DNA of 64,000 nt from Alphaproteobacteria bacterium (lineage in GTDB: Bacteria; Pseudomonadota; Alphaproteobacteria; CALKHQ01), in the NCBI GenBank assembly GCA_965227515.1, contig CBDDFZ010000001.1, positions 1,856,001 to 1,920,000 on the forward strand, in the 5' to 3' direction. Shown piece after piece: positions 16,968-26,889 of this stretch. Below the pieces are notes generated by a model. The model saw only the letters and a list, made by a program, of their open reading frames with translations, was not told where the DNA came from and made no database searches. How positions within the stretch are numbered: the first letter of the stretch is position 1; every line of letters starts with the position of its first letter. Both the position numbers and the translations under genes were made by a program.

Positions 16968-19753
16968 TGTCCGCGCCGCTGGCCGAGACGAAAACGCGCG
17001 ACGGTGACGGTCTGGCCCTCGTCGTCAATGGCACGGCGGTCGCCTGCGACGTGCCGCCGGCCACCCGTTTGTCGACGGTGCTGCGTGACGGACTGGGGCT
17101 GACCGGCACCAAGGTCGGCTGTGACGCCGGCGATTGCGGCGCGTGCAGCGTGCTGCTGGACGGTGAGGTGGTGTGCGCCTGCATGGTCGCCGCCGGCCAG
17201 GCCCAGGGCCGGACGGTCACCACCATCGAAGGGTTGGCCGACGACCCGGCGATGCAACGCCTTCAGAATGCGTTTCTGGACAGGGGTGCTGCGCAGTGCG
17301 GCATCTGCACGCCGGGCATGCTGGTCACCGCGAAGGCCCTGCTCGCGGCCGATCCCGCGCCGCACGCCGATGCAATTGCCGATGCCCTGGGCGGCGTGCT
17401 GTGCCGCTGCACCGGCTATCGCAAGATCATCGCGGCAGTGCTGGATGCGTCGCAAGGCGCGGCCCTGACGGCGCCTTTGCCTGGCGCGGGCGAGGCGGTG
17501 GGCGCGTCCATCGTGCGGCTCGACGGGCTCGCCAAGGTGACGGGTGCCGACCGGTTCGGTGCCGACGGCGCGCCAGCCGAGGCACTTGTGCTGCGGGTCA
17601 TCCGCTCGCCCTGCCATCACGCGCGCTTCGCGTTTGGCGACATCGCCGGTTTCGTGCGCGCCCACCCGGGCATCGAGCGCGTGTTCACCGCCGCCGACAT
17701 CCCCGGCCGCAACCGCCATGGCGTGATCCCACCGTTCGCCGACCAGCCGGTGTTCGCGGAGGACGTCGCGCGCTTCAAGGGGGAGGCGGTGGCCGCGGTG
17801 GTCGGCAGCGCGGAGGCGATGGCGACCCTCGACCTTGCGGCGTTCCCGGTCGCCTGGACGCCGCTGCCGCATGTGCTGGACACCGAAGCGGCCCGCGCGC
17901 CCGATGCGCCGCTGCTGCACGCGGACCGGCCCGGCAATCTGCTGGTCGCCGGGCGTGTCCGCCGGGGCGATGCCGATGCCGCGTTGGCCGGCGCAGCCGT
18001 GGTGGTCGGCGACAGTTTCGAGACCAGCTTCGTGGAGCACGCCTATATCGAGCCGGAGGCGGGGCACGCGGTGCCGCTGGCCGATGGTGTGGACGTCCAC
18101 GCCTGCACCCAGGCGACCTACATGGACCGCGACGATCTCTGCGCGATCCTCGACCTGCCGCCGTCGCGGGTGCGGGTGACGCCGACAGCGGTCGGCGGCG
18201 GTTTCGGTGCCAAGCTCGACCTGTCGGTGCAGCCGTACATCGTGCTCGCCGCCTTGGCTCTGCAACGCCCGGTGCGGATGGCCTACACCCGGCCGGAGTC
18301 GATGGCGTCCTCGACCAAGCGCCACCCCGCGAGCATCGACATGGCGATTGGCGCGGACGGCGACGGCCGGATCACCGCCATCCGCTTCGCCGGCACGTTC
18401 AACACCGGCGCTTACGCCTCGTGGGGCCCGACCGTGGCGGCACGGGTGCCGGTGCACGCCTCCGGACCCTATCTGGTGCCGCATTACCAGGCGGAGGCGA
18501 CGGCGGTGCACACCCATGGCCCGGTGGCCGGTGCCTTCCGGGGGTTCGGCGTGCCGCAGTCAGCGGTGGCGCTGGAGACGCTGATCGACCGGCTGGCCGA
18601 CCGGCTCGGCATCGACCGGCTGGCGATCCGCCGCCGCAACGCGCTGACCGACGGCCAGCCGACCGTCACTGGCCAGGTCTTCGCGCAGGGTGTCGGCATC
18701 GATGCCTGCCTCGCCGCGCTGGAGCCACATTGGACCCGCGCGGTGGCGGAAGCGCGGGCCGCTACTGCCTCCGCTGGCAATGCCTCCACGGGCACCGTGC
18801 GCCGTGGCGTCGGGGTGGCGAGCTGCTGGTACGGCTGCGGCAACACCGGGCTGCCCAACCCCTCGACCATGCGCGCCGGCATCGCGCCGGATGGGCGGGT
18901 GGTGCTGATGCAAGGCGCGGTCGACATCGGCCAGGGGTCGCACACTGTGGTCACTCAGTGCTTCGCCGATGCGCTGGGCGTGCCGGTCGGCGCGGTCGAC
19001 CCGGTGGCCGGCGATACCGACATCACCCCCGATGCCGGCAAGACGTCGGCCTCGCGCCAGACATTCGTGTCCGGCAAGGCGGCGATGCTCTGCGGCCAGG
19101 CGCTGCGCGACAAGGTGCTGCGCTACGCCAATGCCGGTCCCGACGCCGGCATCAGGATGGAAGCAGGCCAACTCGCGATCCACGAAGGCGAGACGCGCCG
19201 GGTGCTCGATCTCTGTGACATGCCCGTCGATGGCTATGGCTGGGTGCTGGGCGCCGAGGCGACCTACGACCCGCCGACCACGCCGCTGGACGACAACGGC
19301 CAGGGCAGCCCCTATGCCGTGTTCGGCTATGGCGCGCAACTGGTGGAACTGGCGGTCGACATCGCGCTCGGCACCGTCGAGCTGATCCGGATCACCGCCG
19401 CCCATGACGTCGGCCGCGCGGTCAATCCGGCGTTGGTCGAAGGGCAGATCGAGGGCGGCATCGCCCAGGGCATCGGCATGGCGCTGATGGAGGAATACGT
19501 GCCCGGGCGCACCGAGAACCTGCACGACTACCTGATCCCGACCATCGGCGACGTGCCGGAAATCCGGTCGATCATCGTCGAGGTGCCGGACGCAGAAGGC
19601 CCCTATGGCGCCAAGGGGTTGGGCGAGCATGTGCTGATCCCCACCGCGCCGGCGATCCTGAATGCGATCCGTGACGCCACCGGGGTCGAACTGACCCGCT
19701 TGCCGGCAACGCCCGACCGGGTGTTGGCCGCCATCAAAGCGCGCGCAACATGA
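16967..19753 (+). CDS. Molybdopterin-dependent hydroxylase, fused 2x[2Fe-2S] and Moco subunits (nicotinate dehydrogenase-like)
   Basis: GCDAGDCGAC, QCGICTPG, CRCTGY, GGGFG, AFRGFG, AKGLGE. Confidence 0.9.
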   Translation: MSAPLAETKTRDGDGLALVVNGTAVACDVPPATRLSTVLRDGLGLTGTKVGCDAGDCGACSVLLDGEVVCACMVAAGQAQGRTVTTIEGLADDPAMQRLQNAFLDRGAAQCGICTPGMLVTAKALLAADPAPHADAIADALGGVLCRCTGYRKIIAAVLDASQGAALTAPLPGAGEAVGASIVRLDGLAKVTGADRFGADGAPAEALVLRVIRSPCHHARFAFGDIAGFVRAHPGIERVFTAADIPGRNRHGVIPPFADQPVFAEDVARFKGEAVAAVVGSAEAMATLDLAAFPVAWTPLPHVLDTEAARAPDAPLLHADRPGNLLVAGRVRRGDADAALAGAAVVVGDSFETSFVEHAYIEPEAGHAVPLADGVDVHACTQATYMDRDDLCAILDLPPSRVRVTPTAVGGGFGAKLDLSVQPYIVLAALALQRPVRMAYTRPESMASSTKRHPASIDMAIGADGDGRITAIRFAGTFNTGAYASWGPTVAARVPVHASGPYLVPHYQAEATAVHTHGPVAGAFRGFGVPQSAVALETLIDRLADRLGIDRLAIRRRNALTDGQPTVTGQVFAQGVGIDACLAALEPHWTRAVAEARAATASAGNASTGTVRRGVGVASCWYGCGNTGLPNPSTMRAGIAPDGRVVLMQGAVDIGQGSHTVVTQCFADALGVPVGAVDPVAGDTDITPDAGKTSASRQTFVSGKAAMLCGQALRDKVLRYANAGPDAGIRMEAGQLAIHEGETRRVLDLCDMPVDGYGWVLGAEATYDPPTTPLDDNGQGSPYAVFGYGAQLVELAVDIALGTVELIRITAAHDVGRAVNPALVEGQIEGGIAQGIGMALMEEYVPGRTENLHDYLIPTIGDVPEIRSIIVEVPDAEGPYGAKGLGEHVLIPTAPAILNAIRDATGVELTRLPATPDRVLAAIKARAT

Positions 19754-21204
19754 CCGATACGCTGGCCGCCGACAGCACCGAGGAGCCCGGCAAGATCCGC
19801 TGCGATGCCTGCCCGGTGATGTGCTACATCGCCGACGGCATGACCGGTGCCTGCGACCGTTATGCCAATGCCGGCGGGCGGCTGGTGCGCTGCGACCCGC
19901 TGACAGTGCTGGAGCGCACCCAGGCCGCCGACGGCAAGCTGGTCCCGTTCGTGGAGGGGGCCGCCGGCTGGAACGGCGATCTGGTCACGCCGGGCGGCGC
20001 CTTCGTCACCGCCATTGGCGCCGGCACCACCTATCCCGACTACAAGCCGGCCCCCTTCATCGTCGCCGCCGAGCACGAGGGTGTCGACACCGTCACCGTC
20101 GTCACCGAGGGCATCTTCTCCTATTGCGGGGTGAAGGTGAAAATCGACACCGACCGACACCTGGGGCCCGAATGCGCCACGGTCTGGGCGGACGGCGAGG
20201 CGATCGGCCACGTCACCACCGGCGAGTACGGCTCGCAGATGCTCTCGCTGGGCGGGGTCACCCATTTGACCGGCGGCAACAAGCGAGAAGGCAGGGTGAC
20301 CTGCGCCGCGCTGCTGGCGCTCTGCAATGGGGAGGCGGTTGAGCTGAAGGTGGAGGGCGGCGCGACGGTCGAGGTGCAGGCCGGCCGGCCGCCTGTGGTG
20401 AACGGCGTGCGCGAGGAGCGGATGCGGGTCGGCTGCGGCTCGGCCACCATCGGCATGTTCGCCAAGCAGTGGTTCGGCCTGGTCGACGAAGTGGTGGTGG
20501 TCGACGACCACATCACCGGCGTCATTTCCGAGCACCAGGCCGGCAAAGTGCTGGGCTGGCCCGACACCGGCATCAGGATCAGGGGGCGGAAGTCGACGCC
20601 CGGCCGCTATTTCCAGGTCGCCAATCCCGGCACCGGCTGGGGCGGCACCGACGTCACCGACCCGCTGACCATCCTGCGCCCGTTCGACCCGAAGCGCGCC
20701 TGGCCCGGCATGTCGCTGCTGATGGTGTCGACCACCGGCGAGCAGCACGCCTATTTCGTGCTGAACGAGGACCTGCAACCGGTGGAAACCGCGTTGCCCC
20801 CGGACCTGCACCAGTCGGTCGACAGGATCGAGGAGAACTGCGAGCCGGCGCTGTGCACGGTGCTGTTCATGGGCGGGGCCGGCGGCAGCCTGCGCGCCGG
20901 GGTGACCGAGAACCCGGTGCGCCTGACGCGGTCCGTGCGCGATGCGCTGACCCGCGTCACCTGCGGCGGTGCGCCGGTCTACATCTGGCCCGGCGGCGGC
21001 ATCACGCTGATGGTCGACGTGACCCTGTTGCCCGACAATGCCTTCGGCTACGTGCCGACGCCGGCGCTGGTGGCGCCGATCGAGTTCACCCTCAGCCGCG
21101 ACGACTATGTGGCGCTGGGCGGCCACGCCGACCACATCGTGCCCCTGGAGGACGCCCTGGAGCGCGCCACCGGCACCGATGGCGTGCGCCGGATCGGGCG
21201 ATGA
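19750..21204 (+). CDS. 6-hydroxynicotinate reductase-like Fe-S protein
   Basis: KIRCDACPVMC, GACDRYAN, TEGIFSYCG, MRVGCGSATIG, GGAGGSLRAG, WPGGGIT; context with Mo hydroxylase and UPF0280. Confidence 0.8.
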   Translation: MTDTLAADSTEEPGKIRCDACPVMCYIADGMTGACDRYANAGGRLVRCDPLTVLERTQAADGKLVPFVEGAAGWNGDLVTPGGAFVTAIGAGTTYPDYKPAPFIVAAEHEGVDTVTVVTEGIFSYCGVKVKIDTDRHLGPECATVWADGEAIGHVTTGEYGSQMLSLGGVTHLTGGNKREGRVTCAALLALCNGEAVELKVEGGATVEVQAGRPPVVNGVREERMRVGCGSATIGMFAKQWFGLVDEVVVVDDHITGVISEHQAGKVLGWPDTGIRIRGRKSTPGRYFQVANPGTGWGGTDVTDPLTILRPFDPKRAWPGMSLLMVSTTGEQHAYFVLNEDLQPVETALPPDLHQSVDRIEENCEPALCTVLFMGGAGGSLRAGVTENPVRLTRSVRDALTRVTCGGAPVYIWPGGGITLMVDVTLLPDNAFGYVPTPALVAPIEFTLSRDDYVALGGHADHIVPLEDALERATGTDGVRRIGR

Positions 21205-21259
21205 TGGCCGGGGCGATGATGGCCGGGGCGATGATGGCCGGGGCGATGATGGCCGGGGC
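21200..21259. repeat. 15-bp tandem repeat, 4 x GATGATGGCCGGGGC
   Basis: Four identical units seen directly, starting across the stop codon of the upstream gene. Confidence 0.95.
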
Positions 21260-21274
21260 GCTGAGGATTGCGCG

Positions 21275-22141
21275 ATGATGGGCGCGGTCGCCGCCATGTT
21301 GCCCGACGGCCGCCGGCTGCACTTGCAGCACGGGCCCATCGACCTGGTGATCGAGGCATTCGGCCGGCCGGACGCGGTCGCCGATGCCTATGAGCGTGCC
21401 CGCACCCGTTTCGCGCCTGTGCTGGAGCGGCTGGCCGCCGAGTTGCCGTTGCTGCGCACCCCGTGCGGCGAGACGTTGGTGCGGGCGCGTGACCCAATCG
21501 CACAGAACATGCAGCGGGCCGCCGTGCGGTTCGCCCCGGCCTTCATCACGCCGATGGCAACGGTGGCGGGCGCGGTAGCCGACGCGGTGTTGGCCGCGAC
21601 CGTGGCTGGCGACGGTCTGTCCCGCGCCTACGTCAACAATGGCGGCGACATCGCGCTGTGGCTGGCGCCGGGCGCGCGGCTCGATATCGGTGTGATCGCA
21701 CCGAGCGCCGCCCGGCTGGAGATTGCGGCGGCGAGCCCGGTGCGGGGCATCGCCACCAGCGGGCGCCACGGGCGCAGCCATTCGCTCGGCATCGCCGATG
21801 CGGTGACCGTGCTGGCGCGCGACGCGGCGACGGCGGATGCCGCTGCGACCCTGGTCGCCAATGCCGTCGACCTGCCCGGCAGCGCCAAGATCGGGCGGGT
21901 GCCCGCGGTGCGGCTCAGCCCCGACAGCGACCTGGGCGACCGGCTGGTCACGGTGGTGGTCGACGAGCTGAGCGATGCGGAGATCGCCCGCGCGCTCGAC
22001 CGGGGGGAGCGCCGGGCGCTAGGCTATCAGCGCCGCGGCCTCATCCAGGGTGCCGTGCTGTGCCTCGGCGACCGGATGCGCACGGTTGGCGCCTGCCCGC
22101 TGGTCTCGGTCGGCCAGCATCGGCAGGCAGCGTGCGCGTGA
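21275..22141 (+). CDS. UPF0280 (ApbE-like) family protein
   Basis: RLHLQHGPIDL, ITPMATVAGAVAD, NNGGDIA, GIATSG..GRSHSLGIAD. Confidence 0.85.
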   Translation: MMGAVAAMLPDGRRLHLQHGPIDLVIEAFGRPDAVADAYERARTRFAPVLERLAAELPLLRTPCGETLVRARDPIAQNMQRAAVRFAPAFITPMATVAGAVADAVLAATVAGDGLSRAYVNNGGDIALWLAPGARLDIGVIAPSAARLEIAAASPVRGIATSGRHGRSHSLGIADAVTVLARDAATADAAATLVANAVDLPGSAKIGRVPAVRLSPDSDLGDRLVTVVVDELSDAEIARALDRGERRALGYQRRGLIQGAVLCLGDRMRTVGACPLVSVGQHRQAACA

Positions 22142-22200
22142 GATGGGCAATCACGGGGAACTGGCATGCAATACTCTCCCCACGGAACCTCCAAGAATAA

Positions 22201-22291
22201 CGTCATGCTCGGGCTTGTCCCGAGCATCCACGAGATGGCCGCTTGGGCGGCCAATTAGACGTGGATGCCCGCATCAAGTGCGGGCATGACG
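22201..22291. repeat. Palindromic repeat, family B (CGTCATG...CATGACG)
   Basis: CGTCATGCTCGGGCTTGTCCCGAGCATCCACG...CGTGGATGCCCGCATCAAGTGCGGGCATGACG; 5 copies in the window. Confidence 0.9.
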
Positions 22292-22314
22292 AAGAAAGAA
22301 TGTGTGGCTGTGCC

Positions 22315-23394
22315 TTACTCTGCGTCACTCGCCGCTGGCGAGGCCGCCGGCGTTTCCGGCCAGCCGGCCAGTTCCGCCGACGCGGCAATGCGTTCGTCCT
22401 CGCTGCCGAAGCGCGCCTGGGACTCCAGGTAGAGACAGTACTGGCGGCGATATTCGGCGAGGTCGGCCCGGTCGATCAGCACCGACTGGCCCTGTCCGTA
22501 GAGGTCGAGCAGCGGCCCGGCCGCGGCCCAGGCCTCGCCCTCATAGGCTTGCAGGTAATAGGTGGCGGCGAGTCCAGCATCGCCGCTGGCCTCGGCATCG
22601 GCGGCCAGATCGAGCAGGAACGCCGCATTTCCCTTGTCGACCGCCTCGGCGGCATAGGTCGCCGCCAGTTCCTCGGAGGCGGACGGCAGCAGACCACGGC
22701 CGTGCAGCTCGGCCAACAGCGCGGCGGCAACGCCGTCGGGGTCCCCGTCCTGCGCGATCTGTTGCTGCAAGGCCAGCTCCGCGCGCAGGAACAACTGGTC
22801 GGGCGCGCCGAACAGGGCCGCGATCTCGCTGTTGCGCTGGGCGAGCGTGCCGAGCCGCACCCATGATGCGATCCACCCGTTCTCGGCACTGGTTTCGAGC
22901 GCCAGTGCCGCCTCCGGCAGGTTGCCGCGATCCAGATGCCATTGCGCCAATGCATTGACGGCGGTCGGGTCGCCCAGGCCAGCGGCCATCTCCAGCATCT
23001 CCTCGCCCAGTTCGGGGTCGGCCGGTTCGGTTCCCCAGCCATAGCCGACGACGATGGCGAGCTGGCCCATATACAGCCCTTCCAGGTTCGGCCATTCCTC
23101 GTTTAGGAAGAAATCGCTGAACCCGGCGTAGAACGTCTCCGCGCGTTCCGGGTCGATGGGCGCGTCGCGGCCGAGCCGATAGGCGTTGCCCAGCACGAAA
23201 CCCAGGTCCGGGCGGTCGTCGCGGAACGCCTCCTCCATCCGGCGGATCGCCAGCTCCCGCTCGGAGACCGAGCCTTGCAGTGCGGAGTCCGCGTCGGTCG
23301 GCACATCGCTTGCACCGGCACACCCGGCCAGCGCGATGGCAAGTGTGACCAAGGGCGCGGCGATGTGGGCGGTGGCTGTTCGTACAATCCTCAT
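22315..23394 (-). CDS. Sel1/TPR-repeat lipoprotein
   Basis: Lipobox LAGC after a hydrophobic stretch; LGNAYRLG, AAGLGD, SAENG Sel1-like repeats; start could be 23406. Confidence 0.7.
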   Translation of the reverse strand: MRIVRTATAHIAAPLVTLAIALAGCAGASDVPTDADSALQGSVSERELAIRRMEEAFRDDRPDLGFVLGNAYRLGRDAPIDPERAETFYAGFSDFFLNEEWPNLEGLYMGQLAIVVGYGWGTEPADPELGEEMLEMAAGLGDPTAVNALAQWHLDRGNLPEAALALETSAENGWIASWVRLGTLAQRNSEIAALFGAPDQLFLRAELALQQQIAQDGDPDGVAAALLAELHGRGLLPSASEELAATYAAEAVDKGNAAFLLDLAADAEASGDAGLAATYYLQAYEGEAWAAAGPLLDLYGQGQSVLIDRADLAEYRRQYCLYLESQARFGSEDERIAASAELAGWPETPAASPAASDAE

Positions 23395-23508
23395 GACCTG
23401 TGTCATATAAACCCGCAGGCGCCAACGCAACACGCCGCGCCGTTTGGGCCGAATGCATGCCGGCAACAACGGTTGAATGGGCCGCCGGGCCGAGGAGAAG
23501 CGAGGACA

Positions 23509-24492
23509 ATGCGCGTTCTGGTGACGGGAGGGGCCGGCTATATCGGCAGCCATGCCTGCAAGCATTTGGCCGCGGCTGGCCACGACGTGGTGGTCTACGA
23601 CAACCTTTCGACCGGGCATGCCGATCTGGTGCGCTGGGGCATGCTGGAACAGGGCGATATCCGCGACGGCCGGCGCCTGCGCCAGGTGTTCCGCGAGCAT
23701 CCGATCGACGCGGTGATGCATTTCGCGGCGTTCTCGTGCGTGGGCGATTCGGTGCGCGACCCCGGCGCCTATTACGCCAACAACGTCGGCGGCACCCTGT
23801 CGCTGTTGCGCGCGATGTGCGACGCCAAGGTCGACCGCATGATCGTGTCGTCGACCTGCGCCGTCTATGGCCAGCCCGACCAGGTGCCGATTGACGAGAC
23901 CGCGCCGCTGGGGCCGGTAAACCCCTATGGCGCGACCAAGCTGGCCATGGAGCTGATGTGCCGCGACTTCGAGGCCGCGCACGGCCTGCGCACCGTCGCC
24001 CTGCGCTATTTCAACGCCGCCGGGGCCGACCCCGAGGGCCGCATAGGCGAGCGGCACGACCCGGAGACCCACCTGATCCCGCGCGTGTTCATGGCGATCA
24101 ACGGCGAGGCGCCGGAAATCTCGATCTTCGGGACCGATTACGACACCGAGGACGGCACCTGCGTGCGCGATTACATCCATGTCGACGACCTGGCCGCGGC
24201 CCATGTCGCCGCCGTGCACCACTTGGCCGAGGGCGGCGCGAGCGACGCCTTCAACCTGGGCACCGGCGACGGCTATTCGGTGCGCCAGGTGATCGAGGCG
24301 GCGCGCCGGGTGACCAACCGGGAGATCCCGGTGGTCGAGGGGGCGCGGCGCCCGGGCGACCCGGCCCGCCTGTTCGCCGACCCCGGCAAGGCGCAGCGGG
24401 CGCTCGCCTGGTCGGCGACATCCTCGTCGCTGGACCACATCATCGATACCGCCTGGGCGTGGTACCAGGCGGAACAACGTCGAGGGCAATAG
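23509..24492 (+). CDS. galE: UDP-glucose 4-epimerase
   Basis: MRVLVTGGAGYIGSH, YGATK, LRYFNAAGA, RDYIHV. Confidence 0.95.
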   Translation: MRVLVTGGAGYIGSHACKHLAAAGHDVVVYDNLSTGHADLVRWGMLEQGDIRDGRRLRQVFREHPIDAVMHFAAFSCVGDSVRDPGAYYANNVGGTLSLLRAMCDAKVDRMIVSSTCAVYGQPDQVPIDETAPLGPVNPYGATKLAMELMCRDFEAAHGLRTVALRYFNAAGADPEGRIGERHDPETHLIPRVFMAINGEAPEISIFGTDYDTEDGTCVRDYIHVDDLAAAHVAAVHHLAEGGASDAFNLGTGDGYSVRQVIEAARRVTNREIPVVEGARRPGDPARLFADPGKAQRALAWSATSSSLDHIIDTAWAWYQAEQRRGQ

Positions 24493-24552
24493 CACGAAAA
24501 ACGGCGGCAGGGTCGCCCCCGCCGCCGCGCGAAACCCGGACCGTTCGGTCGG

Positions 24553-24906
24553 TTACTGGACGATCTCTTCGCCGTCCACGGTCACGACGAACTGGCCGTC
24601 AGAGCCGTCCACCACGACCTCATCCTCGGCGGTCACGGCAAAGCTCTCGCCGTCGACGACCACTTCGGTGTCGCTGACGACCACCAGGTGCTCGTTGAAC
24701 CGCAGCTCAATGCCGTCAGGGCCCTGCACGGTGCCGATGCTGCCGTCGCCGATGATGGTGACGGTCATGCCGTTGACGGTCGACGAAACTCGCGATTCGG
24801 CGAATGCCGGCTCGAAGACGACGATGCCGACGGCCGCGACGGCAGCCAGCAGGGAAACGGCGAGGGCCGGGCCACGCCATGAACCGAAAAGAGTGCGCTT
24901 GGACAT
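24553..24906 (-). CDS. Small secreted acidic beta-rich hypothetical protein
   Basis: Signal peptide ending AFA; RBS GGAG; host-like codon usage. Confidence 0.7.
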   Translation of the reverse strand: MSKRTLFGSWRGPALAVSLLAAVAAVGIVVFEPAFAESRVSSTVNGMTVTIIGDGSIGTVQGPDGIELRFNEHLVVVSDTEVVVDGESFAVTAEDEVVVDGSDGQFVVTVDGEEIVQ

Positions 24907-25090
24907 GTTTTGGTGCTCCCAGTTGAGGGGCCATCAGCGGCCCCATGCCAGCCAATTTGGTCAGCGCAGGGATCGGTGCCTGTGAACTGGCTCATAGGTA
25001 GGGTGCAAATCCGTGCGCCGGAGGCAACACCCCAGGTGCCTCGGCGCCATCGCCATTTCCGTCGCCGCCCTGCTTGCGTATTGTCCGGCC

Positions 25091-26863
25091 ATGGCTACGG
25101 GCATGCAACGAAGGTTGTCGGCCATTCTCGCCGCGGACATTGTCGGCTACTCCCGACTGGTCCGCGCGGACGAGGATGGGACGATTGCGGCGGTCAATAC
25201 GCTGCGCCGCGACGTGATCGAGCCGCTGCTCGCAACCCACAACGGACGTGTCGTCAAGCTGATGGGCGATGGCATTCTCGTCGAGTTCGCAAGCGTGGTC
25301 GATGCCGTGCGCGCGGCCTTGGAGGTCCAGGAAGCCGTGACCGCGCAGGTTGCCGACATGCCCGAGGACCGACGGTTGCGGTTCCGTATCGGCGTCAACC
25401 TGGGCGACGTCGTGATCGATGGCGACGACATCCACGGCGATGGTGTCAACATCGCAGCCCGGCTGGAGGCGCTTGCCGCGCCCGGTGGCATCTGCATCTC
25501 CGGCGCCGTCCACGACCAGGTCAAGAAACGGGTCCCGCAGACCTTCACCGACATGGGCGAGCAGACGGTGAAGAATATCGACGAGCCGGTCAGGGTCTGG
25601 CAGTGGGCCAGCGAGACGTTGCCGGAGACGGCTGGCAGCCCCGCCGCGCCGACCAGCGCGCCCAGCCTGCCCGACAGGCCGTCCATCGCCGTGCTGCCGT
25701 TCGCCAACATGAGCGGCGACCCGGACCAGGACTATTTCGCCGATGGCATTGCCGAGGACATCATTACGGCACTGTCGCGCGCACGCTGGCTGTTCGTGAT
25801 TGCCCGCAATTCCAGCTTCTCCTACAAGGGCCGCAACGTCGACGTGAAGGTCGTCGGCCGAGAGCTTGGCGTGCGCTACGTGCTGGAGGGCAGCGTGCGC
25901 AAGGCGATGAGCCGGGTGCGCATCACCGGTCAGTTGATCGAGGCCGCGACCAGCCTCCATCTGTGGGCCGACCGGTTCGACGGCGAAATGGCGGACATCT
26001 TCGATTTGCAGGACCAGGTGACGTCCAGCGTGGTCGGTGCGATCTCGCCCCGGCTGGAGGAAGCGGAGATGGAGCGCGCGCGCCTGAAGCCGACCGAGGA
26101 CCTGGATGCCTATGATTTCTATCTGCGCGGGCTGGATGCCTTCCACCGCTATACGCCGAGCGGCAATGCCGAGGCGTCGGAGATGTTCGGCCACGCGATT
26201 GAGCACGATCCAGACTATGCCGCCGCCTACGGGTTTGCGGCGCGGTGTTTCGCACAGCGCATGGGCTTCGGCTGGATGGACGACCCGGAGCGCGAGGCGG
26301 TGGAAGCCATGGCCCTGGCCCGAAAGGCGGTGCGCCTGGGCCGCAACGATGCCATCGCGCTGGCCAATGCGGGTTTCGTACTCGCGCTTTTCGGTGCGGT
26401 CGACGAGGGGTCGGCCCAGATCGAGAAGGCCCTGACCATCAATCCGAACCTGGCGACGGCCTGGCATGTGGGCGCGGTCGCCGCCGTGTTCCGTGGCGAC
26501 ACGGGGATGTGTCTCGAACACGCGTCGCGCGCCATTCGTCTGAGCCCGCAGGATCCACAGGAGTTCGCCATGCATGCCATGTCGGGTCTGGCGCACTTTC
26601 TGGCCGGTCGGGTGGACGAGGCGGTGAGTTGCGCGGAGCGGGCGTTGAGCGAGAACCCGAAATTCACAGTCACCAGCGGCGTGTTGGCCGCCAGCTATGC
26701 AGTTTCGGGCAGGCAGGCGGACGCGGCGGAGGCGATGGCGCGACTGTGCGAACTCGCACCGAAGCTGAGGTCGTCTAACCTGACAAGTTGGCTGCCCTTC
26801 ACCCATACGCGCGACATGGACCGGTGGGTCGAGGGGTTGCGCCGCGCCGGCCTGCCGGAGTGA
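25091..26863 (+). CDS. Class III adenylate/guanylate cyclase with TolB-like and TPR domains
   Basis: AILAADIVGYS, MGDG, RIGVNLGDV, GDGVNIAARLE, PSIAVLPFANM, TPR repeats. Confidence 0.93.
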   Translation: MATGMQRRLSAILAADIVGYSRLVRADEDGTIAAVNTLRRDVIEPLLATHNGRVVKLMGDGILVEFASVVDAVRAALEVQEAVTAQVADMPEDRRLRFRIGVNLGDVVIDGDDIHGDGVNIAARLEALAAPGGICISGAVHDQVKKRVPQTFTDMGEQTVKNIDEPVRVWQWASETLPETAGSPAAPTSAPSLPDRPSIAVLPFANMSGDPDQDYFADGIAEDIITALSRARWLFVIARNSSFSYKGRNVDVKVVGRELGVRYVLEGSVRKAMSRVRITGQLIEAATSLHLWADRFDGEMADIFDLQDQVTSSVVGAISPRLEEAEMERARLKPTEDLDAYDFYLRGLDAFHRYTPSGNAEASEMFGHAIEHDPDYAAAYGFAARCFAQRMGFGWMDDPEREAVEAMALARKAVRLGRNDAIALANAGFVLALFGAVDEGSAQIEKALTINPNLATAWHVGAVAAVFRGDTGMCLEHASRAIRLSPQDPQEFAMHAMSGLAHFLAGRVDEAVSCAERALSENPKFTVTSGVLAASYAVSGRQADAAEAMARLCELAPKLRSSNLTSWLPFTHTRDMDRWVEGLRRAGLPE

Positions 26864-26889
26864 CGGGCCGCTGAGGACACTGTCGGCCG

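Noticed and set aside
21038-21274. DDGRG-repeat N-terminus on the UPF0280 protein
   Set aside because: No plausible start in that frame before 21275; it is the tandem repeat read in another frame
23395-24495. N-terminal half of the 726-aa minus-strand ORF
   Set aside because: Antisense shadow of galE; the real gene starts near the lipoprotein signal at 23394-23406
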